DNA of 64,000 nucleotides, taken from Aplysia californica. Taxonomy: Eukaryota. The position numbers were made by a program, and so were the translations under genes. How positions within the stretch are numbered: position 1 is the stretch's first letter; the number at the start of each line of letters is the position of its first letter. The DNA is taken from the NCBI RefSeq assembly GCF_000002075.1, contig NW_004797435.1, positions 603,452 through 667,451 on the forward strand, in the 5' to 3' direction. The notes beneath the pieces are model-generated. The model did not search any database, had not been told where the DNA came from, and saw nothing but the letters and a program-made list of their open reading frames with translations. Shown piece by piece: positions 1 through 33,460 of the stretch.

Positions 1-88
1 GGGGGTAGAAAAAAAGGAGGGGAGAGGGTTATTCCCAAGTAGATGTAATCTTGTCAGACCAACGGTGCACACGTGTGTGCAGGTTATG

Positions 89-215
89 TGGGGACTCCAG
101 CGGTCGAGTGGTTAGTGGATTCAGACTCTCAAGTCATGTCATGCGAGTGTCGATGACACTGGGTTTAGGTGGGTGGTCACTGGGGTGTGTCCTTGAGCAA
201 GACTCAACAAATTTA
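89..215 (+). mobile_element. Degenerate tRNA-derived CORE-type SINE fragment
   Basis: A-box-like head (gcggtcgagtggttag) followed by the CORE-like motif tgtgtccttgagcaagac. Confidence 0.5.
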
Positions 216-354
216 ACTAATAAAGCAAATTAAAAGAAAACAGTGTGCTACAAAGTGGCGACCAATATAGCAATAGCATTTTTGTTAAATTATCTGTATT
301 GGTGTAATATTGTGTCTTTGATATTCTTTGTATGCATATTAATGTATTTAGATA

Positions 355-385
355 ATGATGGATGGATGGATGGATGGACGGATAG

Positions 386-430
<45 letters not shown>
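355..430. repeat. (GATG)n plus (GT)n microsatellite
   Basis: Directly visible tandem repeats. Confidence 0.95.
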
Positions 431-432
<2 letters not shown>

Positions 433-1195
433 AGCGGATGTGTGTGACTCAAATTTCCTCTTCGAAATAGTGGTGCATTTATTTATGATTCACGAGATGG
501 CTATGTGCAGTCCTGTACTTGTACTTTCTGCTCTTGACAAATAATAAGACGTGTATTTGTTTATATAATCTTTTGCTGTAAAACACATTGACCATTCATC
601 AGGTGGAAACGTACCACATAAATGTGATCCGTGAGTCCCATTGTCATCATTGTATTATTATTATTGATTGATATTATCATAACCATTGTTTTTAATACTT
701 TTATTATTTATAACATAATTTTCATCCTAATCATTATCTTACCTCATACTCTCAAGTCATTATGATATATTTAAAAATAATAATGATGCTGATTATCATA
801 TTTTAATTTAAAACATTCTCTTGTGATCATGACATAATTTCACATGGATGAATTTCATAATATAATCAAGATGTTAATATATGGTCGCTTTTGTGTAAGG
901 ACAAGTGGGCTAACCTAGATTTCGGGGGTTTCCAAAAATCTTGACCTACATCAAAAGTGAGCATTGCCCTACCTATAGGAGAAGTTTGGAGTCATTGGTG
1001 GGTATATTTGTTTGGTTATAGAGAAAACTCTTCTTGTCTTTTAAAGAAACTAAACAAGGGTTCAAAAACTTTACCTTCGATTTTCTCAAAACAGGATTTT
1101 TCGGGATGGCCCCCTTGTGCATAAACGCGACCAATATGTGGATTTGCTGATGTTTTTAATTTTAGTAAGTGTTTTTTGGTACTTTCAACCCAATA

Positions 1196-1327
1196 AGGTA
1201 ATGTAGTGCCGGAGATTAAAGGTATAACAAAAGAGTAACAAACACAAAAAAGGAGGAGAGATAAGGACGACAGATGGTTGATTGGAAAGAAAAAGCAAAC
1301 CACATCAGAGCATCCGCCAACCACCCA
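1196..1327 (-). mobile_element. Short retroposon family A, copy 1 (tail degraded)
   Basis: Aligns by eye with the copies at about 7000, 44860 and 51160 (aaacacaaaaaaggagg...gagcatccgccaaccaccca). Confidence 0.8.
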
Positions 1328-2690
1328 AGAAGATTTGTTGTGGATATCAAGTTGGCATGATGACGGCCACATTTTGCCAGCATGCAGATTACTGCTATAC
1401 TAGCACCAAAAAGAAGAAATATAACAAGCAGACCACACATGAGCAGCCACCAAGCCGCCTGCAAATATAGATACATGTCTTTGCTGTACTGTGTGCCCAC
1501 ATCTTTCACACCCGTCCTCTCCCTCTTCACCAAATCTTCTAAACTGGTTCCCAATGATTCACAGCTCCTGACACCTATCCATGTACTTGACTTCGATGTT
1601 GTCTAAGGCTTCACTATGACTGTCGTGTAAAGGCAAAGCTCTTTGTCTTGTGTGCAGAGATGACAATTCGATTCAAGTACCATCGTTTTTTTACTGGCAT
1701 GTGCCCAAAACATCTCAGGTTGGTCCTGACTGGAAGGGTCTGAGCACAACACTAGAAGTGACATCTGAATACTCACACAGAGATGTCAGGAAAAGAAGAC
1801 TGGACACAGAAAAAGTGCATAAAAAAGAAACAATACAGAAATGTCAAGGAACCAAGAAATGGATAAAACCTACTAACAATAACAACGCCCTCCAATGCTG
1901 ATAGAAAGAGACAAAGAAAGAAAACAAACAGCGAACAAAATTTCCTGGACATCGTCATAAATTTAATGAGAACATATTTCATATCAAGAAGAATTTCAAA
2001 CACCAGCACCCAACACTCCACACAGTCGTCCACAGACACAACCTGTAGTCACAGCCTACAGACATACAGTCTTGCATGCACATAGCAAACTGATTTTCGG
2101 GTCTCAAAATTTGTTCTTATATACGCAAGTATATTCTTTGTAGTTAAATACATAGTGAAATATGTACATACTGGAAAGATTTTTGCTTCCTGCGAATTTC
2201 GCTATGTGAATGCTAGACTGTAATTCCCAGTTACAGTCAACAGATACAGTCTGCCCATTCACATGTCTGTAGACCACAACACATTCACCAACACTCAACA
2301 GCCAGAACAAAATCATTTTAGCCCAGCAGAATTTTTTAAACAAAAAATGGGAGCTTACCTCAGACTGTCATCAGATTGGGACATAACTTAGACATTTATA
2401 TGAAGATCAGTTACACAAACACTTCATGTCTTAGCATGAATCACATCTGTCTGTTACATGTATGGGACTGTCATAAGATCAGAAAAACCTTGTGACATCC
2501 AACATTTGAAAATCCTCAGACACACAGCTGCACTTATAAGAACTTAACGAGACACTTGAGTAGGGTAAACAGTTTCTGTACATAAGATAGTTACAATTGA
2601 CAGCAAAAAAGAGACACAGACAAAAAGAATGCTTTTACTTGCCACAGTGAGGACACTTGGATAAAATAAGAACCGTTTCAAAAGAGAGTA

Positions 2691-3411
2691 CAGTAGTCTC
2701 CGCCTAAACGCACGGTGCTCGGGAGGGCTCCTTAGCGTGTGTTTATACAGAGCGTGCGTTTACATGAACCTTTGCATGGGGAGGAAGGGATGCAGTGATC
2801 TCAATTCCTTATTACTCTAGCGATCTCCGTTGGAGGAGGGGGTCATTTTGGCAGATAATGTGACGACAGGTGACTGTTTTGTGAAGGATTCCCCGACAGG
2901 AGTTAAGAATACAAAGGCATCAGGCCTAGATCTACATCTAGATCTAACTAAACATTACACGCAGTTACTCAAACTCAAACACCAGTTAGAAACCTTCTCT
3001 CAAAGATACATTTCCAGTGACCAATCAAAAAACATTTCAGTCCCCCCCCCTAATCCCACCTCCACCCCCAACCCCCAACATAACCGACCAGCCCTAGACC
3101 GACACTTATGCGTCAGTGAAAAGTAGGGTGTGTGTAAACGCTGTCCATCACTCTCTTTGTACGGCGGGAGGGGCACTCTCACCAAATATCGGGTTTTCTA
3201 GTAAATTTTAGGCTTTTCATTTGCAGGCTGTGCAGGTTGTAGTGAAAATTTACCCTTGCCAAGAATAACTTGTCGGCGTGTTTCGCGGATCGGAGCGTGC
3301 GTTTAGAAGGAGTGACCGAGCGTTTGTACATCTAAATTATATAGTAAAAAAACTCGTCCGATGACGAAAGCGTGCATTTGAGCGGAGCGTGCTTTTAGGC
3401 GGAGACTACTG
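2691..3411. mobile_element. Tigger/pogo-type MITE, family 1
   Basis: 18-bp TIR CAGTAGTCTCCGCCTAAA with a TA target duplication on both sides. Confidence 0.9.
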
Positions 3412-5292
3412 TACATCATAAACAACCTGTACGTAGGCATGAACGCCGTCCACACTGCTGATTCCTTTTCATTTGCGGATCTCTTTTTTGAAAAAAGCAA
3501 CAATAAACTTTTAAAAGTACCAAAGATGCAACAAGATCCAATTTCATGGTTTAAAAAATAGAGAGAATTTTTGCTTTGTTTCTATACATTGATGTAAACC
3601 ATCTTTGACATAAACAGATAAGACTAATTAAAACGAGATATCAAAGTATGGAAATTTGAAAGTGCTAAAGTCTATCTGTATCACAGATAAATATTATTTA
3701 AAAACAAAAAGTGCACAAAACCTCATGCTTTCACAAAAGAATCTAAAATTTTACTGCTCTGACCCCCCCCCCCTTCCCAATCAATCATAAGAAAATTACC
3801 ATATATTGAAAATCCCCAGTAGTCAAAACAATGACATGCTGAGACAAAAAGAACCACATAATTGTCTTCTACCACAACACAGGAGACAAAACCCCGACAG
3901 AAACAAAAATTAGTTACATGTACTTTCGCACCGGTGCAGTCACAAATATAGATTATGCAGCCTGAACTAGCTGCAAGAACTCATCATGGTCATAAAGCTA
4001 ACGTGTCATAATGGCGAAACAAGGAGAACACGCCCCGATAGGTTTATTTAAATAATATTGGCATGCTGGGAAATCTGACAACAGCACCATAAAGGCACGG
4101 CACATTCCTGACCTTTGAAGAAACATATTCTGTCGGAAAGATACTAACATGCTGCTGGGAATGTGCGAACGAGACACAAGCTATACCGGTATTCAAAATG
4201 TGTACATTGCGCGAAAAGTTTTTATCTTACTCTTTCAAGAGTTCATTAAATGTAGACCCCAGGGAAAACCGTGTTTGCAACAAACAAATTATTGTTGGCA
4301 CTGCATTTTTTCCGCATAATACTATGAACTGTTGCTGTTCAATCTCTGTACAGCTGTATTAAGTGAGTCATGAGCATGTCACTATGGCCTTTTTTTATAG
4401 AAATAGTATTGGTGGACTAAATGTCTCTAGCCAAACAATAGAATAGTTCAATAAAGACATCAAAAATAGAAAATTGTGACATGCAATTTTTACCCCAGTA
4501 CTTACTTGCATCGCTAACCTCATCACTGAGACATTTCACTAAAAACAAAACCACCCAGACCATGTTTTCCTTCAATGAAAACCAAGGATCTATCTAGTTG
4601 CAAGACAGGACAGAATCTTTAAGACAAATCAAGCATTTTGTAAGTGTGAGGAGGTCAAAAGTGACCATTTACACAAAATATGCCCTGCATTGAAAGTATT
4701 TATTCCATTATGTGAGAGTTCACATCTTACCAGTCCATGTTGCTGTGACACCTCACTTTCAACAGAGTTACCTCAATGTTGTCTTCACCCAGTAAAAATA
4801 AAGGTGTCTATTTGACACAGAGATTATAAAGATGTGTATCGGAGTTAAAACATTGTATCTCATCAAACTCAGCACAAGAAGTATCATAAAATGGAATTCA
4901 CAAGATTAAAGTTTGATAAATGCGTTGACACAGCTACTTTGAGTATTGACATTCAAAGTGATCTATCAGGAAAAAATTTTTAAATTTCAGCTTAAATGAA
5001 ACAGTACTCACTTCTGTGGTATTATGTTTGATATGGAGACAAAGGACAAACAAAATAAGAAAAAATAAAGATTTATGCAACATTACATCTGGCTAGGCAT
5101 GGAAGGCAGTAAAATCATGATAACATCTCGTGTGCGGTCTTCTATTACTACAGACATGTCTTTTCACAAACAAAAAATATCATTTCACAAATAGGTGTAA
5201 ATGAGAACTTTTCCAAACCCGCATACTCAAGCAGAAATTGTTAACAATTATCGAGTCTGCACGTACAAAGAGGGGAACAATATTATCTACTG

Positions 5293-26192
<20,900 letters not shown>

Positions 26193-27777
26193 CTTTGCTG
26201 ATACCAAGTGCCTTCTCTTTCCTCTTCACTTCATTTGCTTTGTCTGAAATGCAAAATTAGAAATTGAAATAATATGTTTCTATATATCACACTTATAAAG
26301 TCACAAGAGTAAAATTTAATATCTTGTCCAGTACGCTACATTTACAATGATATGATAAAAATATTGCTATAAAAACAAAAAGGAAAGTCCTACTGGAAGT
26401 AGAATACAAATTTGTCTCCAATTCATAGTATGAGATTCAAAGTGTTCTGTCTGTGTTTTGCGGATGCTTCGAGTTCAAGTTTGTTCTATCTCCAACGCAC
26501 AACAAGGTGAACCATGTTGTGAGACATTGTGGTAAAATCAGGCATTCCTCAAAATAATGTCAAAATCAAAGAAACCATCACTTTTCTGGGTGTTTTGCTG
26601 GCCACCTAAAAAAAATCTATAGATTTTACTGAAAAACTTTGGTAATTTTTCCCCTGACATCAGGGGAACCTCACCTCCTTCAATTGTTAATTTCTCGACT
26701 TCTATTCAAGATAGAAGATGGTATTTTATTCCACCAAAAGCAAGACAAATGACCAAGCTTTAACTCCCTGAAAATTCCTTTACAACAAATTTGTACAACA
26801 AATTTGATGTCAAATTATTTTTCGGCGATTGCCGCAAACAGGTCTCTTTAACTGGGAGCTAATTCATTAAATGAAGAACCATCAAAATAGGTTCACTTCT
26901 TAGGATTTGAGGACCAGTTTAGTGAGGTTACGTATGTCACTTAGTTTTCAAACCAAAACAGGGCCTCGGCATAGTGGGTTTACCCTACTTAGAGATAAAG
27001 CGTTAGATGATACCAATACCTCTATACAAGCTAAAAAATTCAGTGGTCCTGTGTTTCCGTAGCTGAAGTGCGTGCGCGTCAGCAGTCTACTTTTAGAACC
27101 ATCAGAATTGCTCCGAAACAGAGGTATAGCTCTCATTTTAAACAATTATATAATAATATAGTCGGTAGCTCAAGACGTTTGTCCGATGAAACTTGAACAA
27201 ACTGACCCACCTAACTTGAAAAGATAACCAGGAAACAAGACTTCCATTTTTCAATTAAAAATTTTTAAAATTTATGAGCATTTTTTCCATTAAGTTCTTT
27301 GATAAAAATAATTCTATTTGATAGTTTTAAAAACTATTGTGCAGCTAGAACTAGAAAGAGAAATTTAAGAGCAAAGCGTTAAAAAATTTCTCTGTAGATA
27401 TTTTTTCCCTTTTCAATACATTCGTGGTAACAATATTATAGAGTCATGGTGTCTAGATCTAGTAGACCTAGGGGGCGCAACCACTCGTAATGACTTTTAT
27501 AAACCTATGAGAGGGGGTTAATTTTTCATTTGCAACTAGAAAGCTTGTGTGTGCTATAAAAGACAAGGGTGTTATTTTCATTGTTGATCAACAAAAACCC
27601 ATGGTATTCTCATGGTGAAAACACCTTCCTTGAAACCAATGCTGACCGCTGAGAACCTCCCCCCCCCCCCCCGTGAATGCTGGCTGAATGAAGAAGAAAT
27701 CTAATAGGGAGATTAGAGTTAAACATATATGTTGATTTTCACAGATTATGAGTTAACTGAAAATGAAATATATACAG

Positions 27778-28239
27778 CAAGTGGCTATTCTCCAGCGTCG
27801 CAGCGGTAAATAGATCGATGGCTATTCTCCGGCGCCATGTATAGTTGCACATGTTGCTTCTCCACAGCTTTTCATCTCCCCTGTCGGCACATTGGCCTTA
27901 CACAAACACCCGAGTCTGCATTTCTTCAGAATACTATTCAACATAGGTGGACACGTAGCCACTAGTTACTCAATGAAAGCTCCAGTGATGGAGGAAGGAA
28001 GAATTTCTGTATCAGACGTGACACTGACAGAGCACCAAAAGTGTCACCAACTCTCAGTCACAACCAGAAGTACAAAAAAGCACATCCGGCACCGAACTCA
28101 GTTGCAACAATAATGGCCATAACGTGCCGACAGGGGGGATGGAAAGCTGTGGAGAAGCGACATATGTGCAACTAGCATGTGACGCCGGAAAATAGGCATC
28201 GATCTATTGACCGGCGTGACGCCACAGAATAGCCACTTG
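27778..28239. mobile_element. Fold-back element with TIRs of about 120 bp (possibly Mutator-like)
   Basis: 27778-27900 is the reverse complement of 28111-28239 (CAAGTGGCTATTCT...AGAATAGCCACTTG). Confidence 0.85.
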
Positions 28240-29666
28240 ATGAAATATATATCATTTATATACAGCTGCCAATACAACTATCAGAAATAACATCAGCAAT
28301 GAGTTACTGCACTAGATCTATCTAGATCTAGTTTCAAGATCTAGGCCTAGATTTTATCTAGATATATCTAGATTTAGATCTAGATCTAATTTTGGTTAGA
28401 TCTCTTAACTAATTTAATACTAGATCTAGATCGAATACTAGATTCTAGATCTACTAATTATGTTAATCTTGTCAGCGATTTTGTAGTTTCGTTCGTTAAA
28501 GTTAAAGTCAAGAGTAGGGCCCAGTAGGGGGGTTTCAGGGGGCTTGCCCCCCTGACCTAATAAAAATATGGAGGTGGAGGGGCATGCCCCCCGGAATTTT
28601 ATCCCAATTTGATGTATTGCAGTTCGAAGTGACTATTCGGACTCGAGTCCGAATATGAAAAAATATATTCGGACTCTGATTCTTGTCCAGCATGACATCA
28701 CTTCCGACCTCCTGTGACTCTTGACTCCGGCTTCCTGTCCTGCCTCACTCGTGACTCACCTCAGGCTGGGTAGAGACCGGGATCACTTCGGGCAAAATGG
28801 CGTTAAATTGTGCAGGAGCCGAGTTTTTATCTTATGATGAATTTGAGGCCGGCCTGAAAAGTTATAGCGCTTCTAATAAATGTTTATTTGTCGAAGCAAT
28901 TAAAGATGGTTCTTTAGCGTGTGTCGGGGTCGGATGGGCGGCCTGCACACGTGTGGCTGTGGGTGCAGGTCGGGGAAGGGCACTATCGGTCTGGGCGTTG
29001 AACGTTGCATGTGAGTCAGTCTCCCCCCCCCCCCCCCCCCCCCGGCAACTGATCATTATTACAATAATAAGCTAATCTTGACGTAGATCTACGTAATGAA
29101 TTGTGTGCTGGTCTATGGAATCAAAAGTTGCCGTATGCTCGGCTCTACACAGCAACACAACTTTTTCTTGGTAAACAATTGAGATAACACAGACTTGTGT
29201 ATTTGAACGAATCGGTCTTTTTTTTTTACACAGCTCATAATATGCAGGTGCCAGGTGATCTGCTTATCTTCAATTTTACCTTTTTCTACAACAAAGAAAG
29301 TGGGAAACATGGGGGGTGGGGGGGGGGGGGGGTATCAATGAGGCGGCGGCATCGGATCGGCAGATAAGGTGTGGGTGAAACTAACAAATGGCGGAAAATT
29401 GGAAGCACAGAACGTTAGATCTATAGACTATAGAATGAAGACACTTTCTTTTTTCCGGACCTGTGTCCGAATAACATTTTTTCATATTCGGACTTGAGTC
29501 CGAAAATGAATTTTTTTTATTCGGACTCGAGTCCGAATATGAAAAAATGTTATTCGGATTCAAGTCCAAATAGGAAGTGGCTATTCTCACCCGGGGTGAG
29601 AATAGAAATACGATCGACCTCTCACCCCGGGTGAGACTTGCCACCGTAGGCTATTCTCACCCGGTG

Positions 29667-30924
29667 CAGGGTTGGTGATTTTTTATATTTTTTTCAAAAA
29701 AATATAAAAAAATCGATTTTTTAAATTTAAATCATGATTTTTTAAATTTAAATCAGATTTTTTTGATTTTTAAAAAAATGTCGACACAGTTTGGGATTTT
29801 TGGTTGCTAAAAGTATGTTCTTTTAGTGCAAAATGCATTGTCTTAATATAACTAATGATTAAATTAAGCAACCTCAAAAGAAAGCCTTAATCTGCTATAT
29901 AATAGTATATATATAATATATATATATATCAGTGAATTATGGCTACAGACAAAAAATGAAGAAAATGTCAGTCTAAAAGGAAGGGGTGGGGGGGGGGGGG
30001 GGTAATTATGCTTACATAAACTTGCATTTTATTACAGTGTGTGTGTGTGTGCACATGCTTGTGTTTGTCTAAAAAGAAAAAGAAAATGTTAATTTCAATA
30101 ATGAAAAAAAAAGTAAATTGAATGCTGTATTATTTTACAGTGACAGGGGGGGAAAGCAGACTTTTAAGCATGATTTTATTAGTCTACTAAACCTTATATA
30201 CTGTTTTATAAAACCAAGGAAAGGAATTCTGAATATTTAAAGATGTAAAAACAGAATACATTTTTTAAAAGTGATTTAAATCACTGAGTTTTATTTTTTA
30301 AATCAAGTTGATTAAAATTTTTAAAAAATCAACTGATTTAAATCGACCTGATTTAAAATTAAATCAACCCAACCCTGATTTCAATTATGAAAAAAAAGTC
30401 AATTGAATACACTGTATTATTTTACAGTGACAGGGGGGAAAGCAGACTTTTAAGCATGATTATATTAGTCTACTAAACCTTATATGTTTAATAAAACCAA
30501 GGAAAGGAATTCTGAATGTTCAAATATGTAAAAACTGAATACATTTGTTAAAAAGTGATTTAAATCACTGATTTTTATTTTAAAAATCAATTTGTTTGAA
30601 ATATTAAAAAAATCAACTGATTTAAATCAACCCAGCTCTGATTTCAATTATGGAAAAAAAAGTAAATTGAATACTGTATTATTTTACAGTGAAAGGTGGG
30701 AAAGCAGACTTTTAAACATGAATTATATTAGTCTACTTAACCTTATATCTGTTTTATGAAACCAAGGAAGGGAATTCTGAATGTTGAAATATGTAAAAAC
30801 TGAATAAAAATAAAGTTTTTAAAAAGTGATTTAAATCACTGATTTTTATTTAAAAAATCAAGTTGATTTAAATAAAAAAAATCAACTGATTTAAATCAAC
30901 CTGATTTAAATCAACCCAACCCTG
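29667..30924. mobile_element. hAT-type MITE with internal triplication
   Basis: TIR CAGGGTTGG, perfect 8-bp TSD ACCCGGTG (29659-29666 / 30925-30932), GATTTAAATC subterminal repeats, and three tandem units of about 270 bp. Confidence 0.92.
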
Positions 30925-31229
30925 ACCCGGTGTGAAACAAGACCTGTTTTTCCTATTTTCGGAATACTTTCTATCGATGTGGATGATCAAATGGATAAAG
31001 GCAAAGAAAAGATTACGTTATAGCACAAAAGTAAGCAAATTTTATCGACTACAAAGATGCTATGGCTATTTCACTTTTCGAATCGAGCCGAACTACGGGG
31101 GTCGCCATTTTGTTTTGCCCGGAATTTCTCGCAAGATCTACTCCTCCCCTCTTCTCTCTCTCTTTCTGAATACTGTCTATCGGAGTGGACGATCAAGTTG
31201 ACCAAAACAAAGTTAAAAAATTATGTTAA

Positions 31230-32084
31230 CTCTTATCCTGCGTCTGTGCCCAGATGCGTATCTTATCAGCAACCGATTACGTCGGACTCGCCGGGCAGGC
31301 CGCCGGGGTCACTCAGTGTGTACTGTTGGTGTACAGCGCGCGCGCCGGGAAACGTGTGTTTTCGCCATGAATACCGCGGGAGTGTGTTAACTGATGATGA
31401 AAATAACGCTCTATCCTTCATAGCATTCTATTTATAAAGTGTTACAAACACATGAATAACCCCCTCTCACAAGCTGATAAGACATTACGAGTAGTTACGC
31501 CCATTTGAATAACCTTTCTGGACGCTCTTGTTGTTATGAATGACCTGAGGTTCGAAAAGGGATACTTTAGGTCAATTTCCGAAAGTTTTACACTCAAATT
31601 GTTCTTTGTACCTGCACAATGGTATTCAAAACTATTAAACAAGCTCATTTTTTATCAGGTAGTATCATTTCATACAAAATCAAGCTCATTTGAAAGATTT
31701 TGTATAGAAAAATGGAAGTCTTGTTTCCTGACTACCCTTTCGAGCTCCTCATGTGTAAGTGGGTCAATTTGTTCTATAATTTCATTGGACGGACATCTAG
31801 AGCTATCAATTTGGCATGTTTTGAATGAGACGTATGCCTCGATTACGAACGAACGCAGGTGGTTCTAGAAGAAGGCCACAAACGCACACAAACTCAAGCA
31901 GACTGACGCACACACACTTGACCTGCGTGAATGGGGATCCGACTCGGGACCCGAATGACACGTAAGAGGATGCGCGCTGCCCGTGCGCTGAGCCAGGAGC
32001 TACACTGACTCGGGACGAGAACGCAGGCGAGGTGCCGAAATAGGCTTATCGGGCTACATAAACCCGGCTCCCGCAGGATGAGGG
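31230..32084. mobile_element. piggyBac-type MITE
   Basis: TTAA on both sides; TIR C(T/C)CT(T/C)ATCCTGCG. Confidence 0.8.
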
Positions 32085-32699
32085 TTAAAACACAAAAGTA
32101 AATTAATTTGGTCGTCTATAAAGATGCTACGGCTATTTAACTTTTCGAATCGAGCCGAACTACGCCGGTCGCCATTTTGTTTTGCCCGGAAGTTCTCGCG
32201 TTACTCCTCTCTCTCTCTCTTTCTCTCCACTGCCCACAGACAAAATTGTACGCTTTTAGTTTTAGTAGTAATGGAACGTTTGTTCACGGCACAGAATTCT
32301 ACAATTTTTCTGTTATCACAGTGCAGAATTCTGTGGTTTAGGGTGAACGCAAAATTGATTGGCCTAGATCTAGGCTATAACGGTGAATGCGCAGCGGGTG
32401 AGAATAGCCAAAAGACTCGCCTGCACTATTCTCACCCGGGGTGAGAATAGAGGTGGCCGTCCGAATAATGACGGCCTTTGCAGTTAGGTTGCATCCCTGC
32501 TCTTTGTGTAGCCTATTTCAAATAGTATTTGGTCATCAAGACTTCTGGATTTCTTCTCTGGATGTTAACAAATGGATCGTGGACTTTAACAAACGGAACT
32601 ACAAGATCTCCCTCTCGTCACTGTCACTCGACTGTTCAACAAAATCGTTCTCAGTGTAAGAACACTGTTGATCGTCTATATGGACTTCTAATTCATAGA

Positions 32700-33460
32700 C
32701 TACAACTGAGTACTAGATTTCTAAGTCTAGGTAAGTTGACAAACAATGTTTTATCCTTGGCTTTCTCTAACACTGTGATGATACTCAATGATAGCGGTGA
32801 CCTGAGCCCGAGTCAGTTTCAGTGACAGTAACTTCAGTACCCTACCAGTATTGCCAGTAACACTGATTTCATCATGTAATCTTCTGATTTCACATGTAAA
32901 CAAGTCACAACATGGAGAAGCCTACCGTCTCAGTTCACCATCGCTTCTCAACAGACTCTGTCTTCAAAATAAAATATACCAAGGCTGATTTGCATCAAAC
33001 ATACACTGCCTGCAGTTTTTGGTAATAACTAGGCCTAGCCTACTACAACAGAGTACAACAAGGCATTGTTATTACCAGTCCTTATTTCATTGGTTAAAGA
33101 GAGTACTTCCGGTTTGATACTCGTTGAGATAGGCTAGCCCATCTAAAATTTGGAGAGGATTTCCCCAGCAGTCAACATAGATCTAGGCTACAGTAGTAAC
33201 CGCACCGGTTCTTGGGCCCATTGTAACTATTCCAAAATAATGCAACTTGACTGATGTTCTGTTGTCGTTGATAAAGATCTTGGTATCCCTTCTGTAGATT
33301 TATTGCTATTTTTTCAGATTAGGAGACACTTGTTTGACCTTGCCGAGAAATAACTTGTAGATCTAGATCTAGATCTAGGCCTAGAATCTAGACACTAGAT
33401 CTAGATCTAGACTATTTCGAATTTCCTAGAGAGGCCTATTCATAGAGAAATTAGAGAACG
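32700..33460. promoter_or_regulatory. Putative bidirectional promoter / 5' UTR region shared by SEL1L and PIGF
   Basis: Unique sequence between head-to-head genes. Inverted CCAAT (ATTGG, about 33089) and ETS-like ACTTCCGG (about 33105). Plus-strand donor CTAG|GTAAGT at 32731 and acceptor TTTTTTCAG| at 33317 suggest a PIGF 5' UTR intron. The TSS cannot be placed from sequence alone. Confidence 0.45.

Larger units (their letters stand above)
29575..32450. mobile_element. DNA element with CTATTCTCACCCGGGGTGAGAATAG palindromic ends, nested in the preceding element
   Basis: The same palindrome occurs at 29581 and 32426. Internal direct repeat of about 210 bp (30960-31165 versus 31168-31225 plus 32089-32225). 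The terminus resembles the 27778 fold-back element. Confidence 0.6.
28516..32478 (+). mobile_element. Mutator-like non-autonomous element hosting nested insertions
   Basis: Palindromic subterminal repeats TATTCGGACTCGAGTCCGAATA at 28634 and 29452-29572, resuming as gtccgaata at about 32459. The ORF start at 28797 (MALNCAGAEFLSYDEFEAGLKSYSASNKCLFV) resembles the N-terminal domain of ZSWIM3/MULE-type proteins. Termini are approximate. Confidence 0.5.

Noticed and set aside
29452-29572. CRISPR-like array of palindromic repeats
   Set aside because: Spacers are only 11 nt, A/T-rich and similar to each other. There are no cas genes and the context is a eukaryotic transposon.
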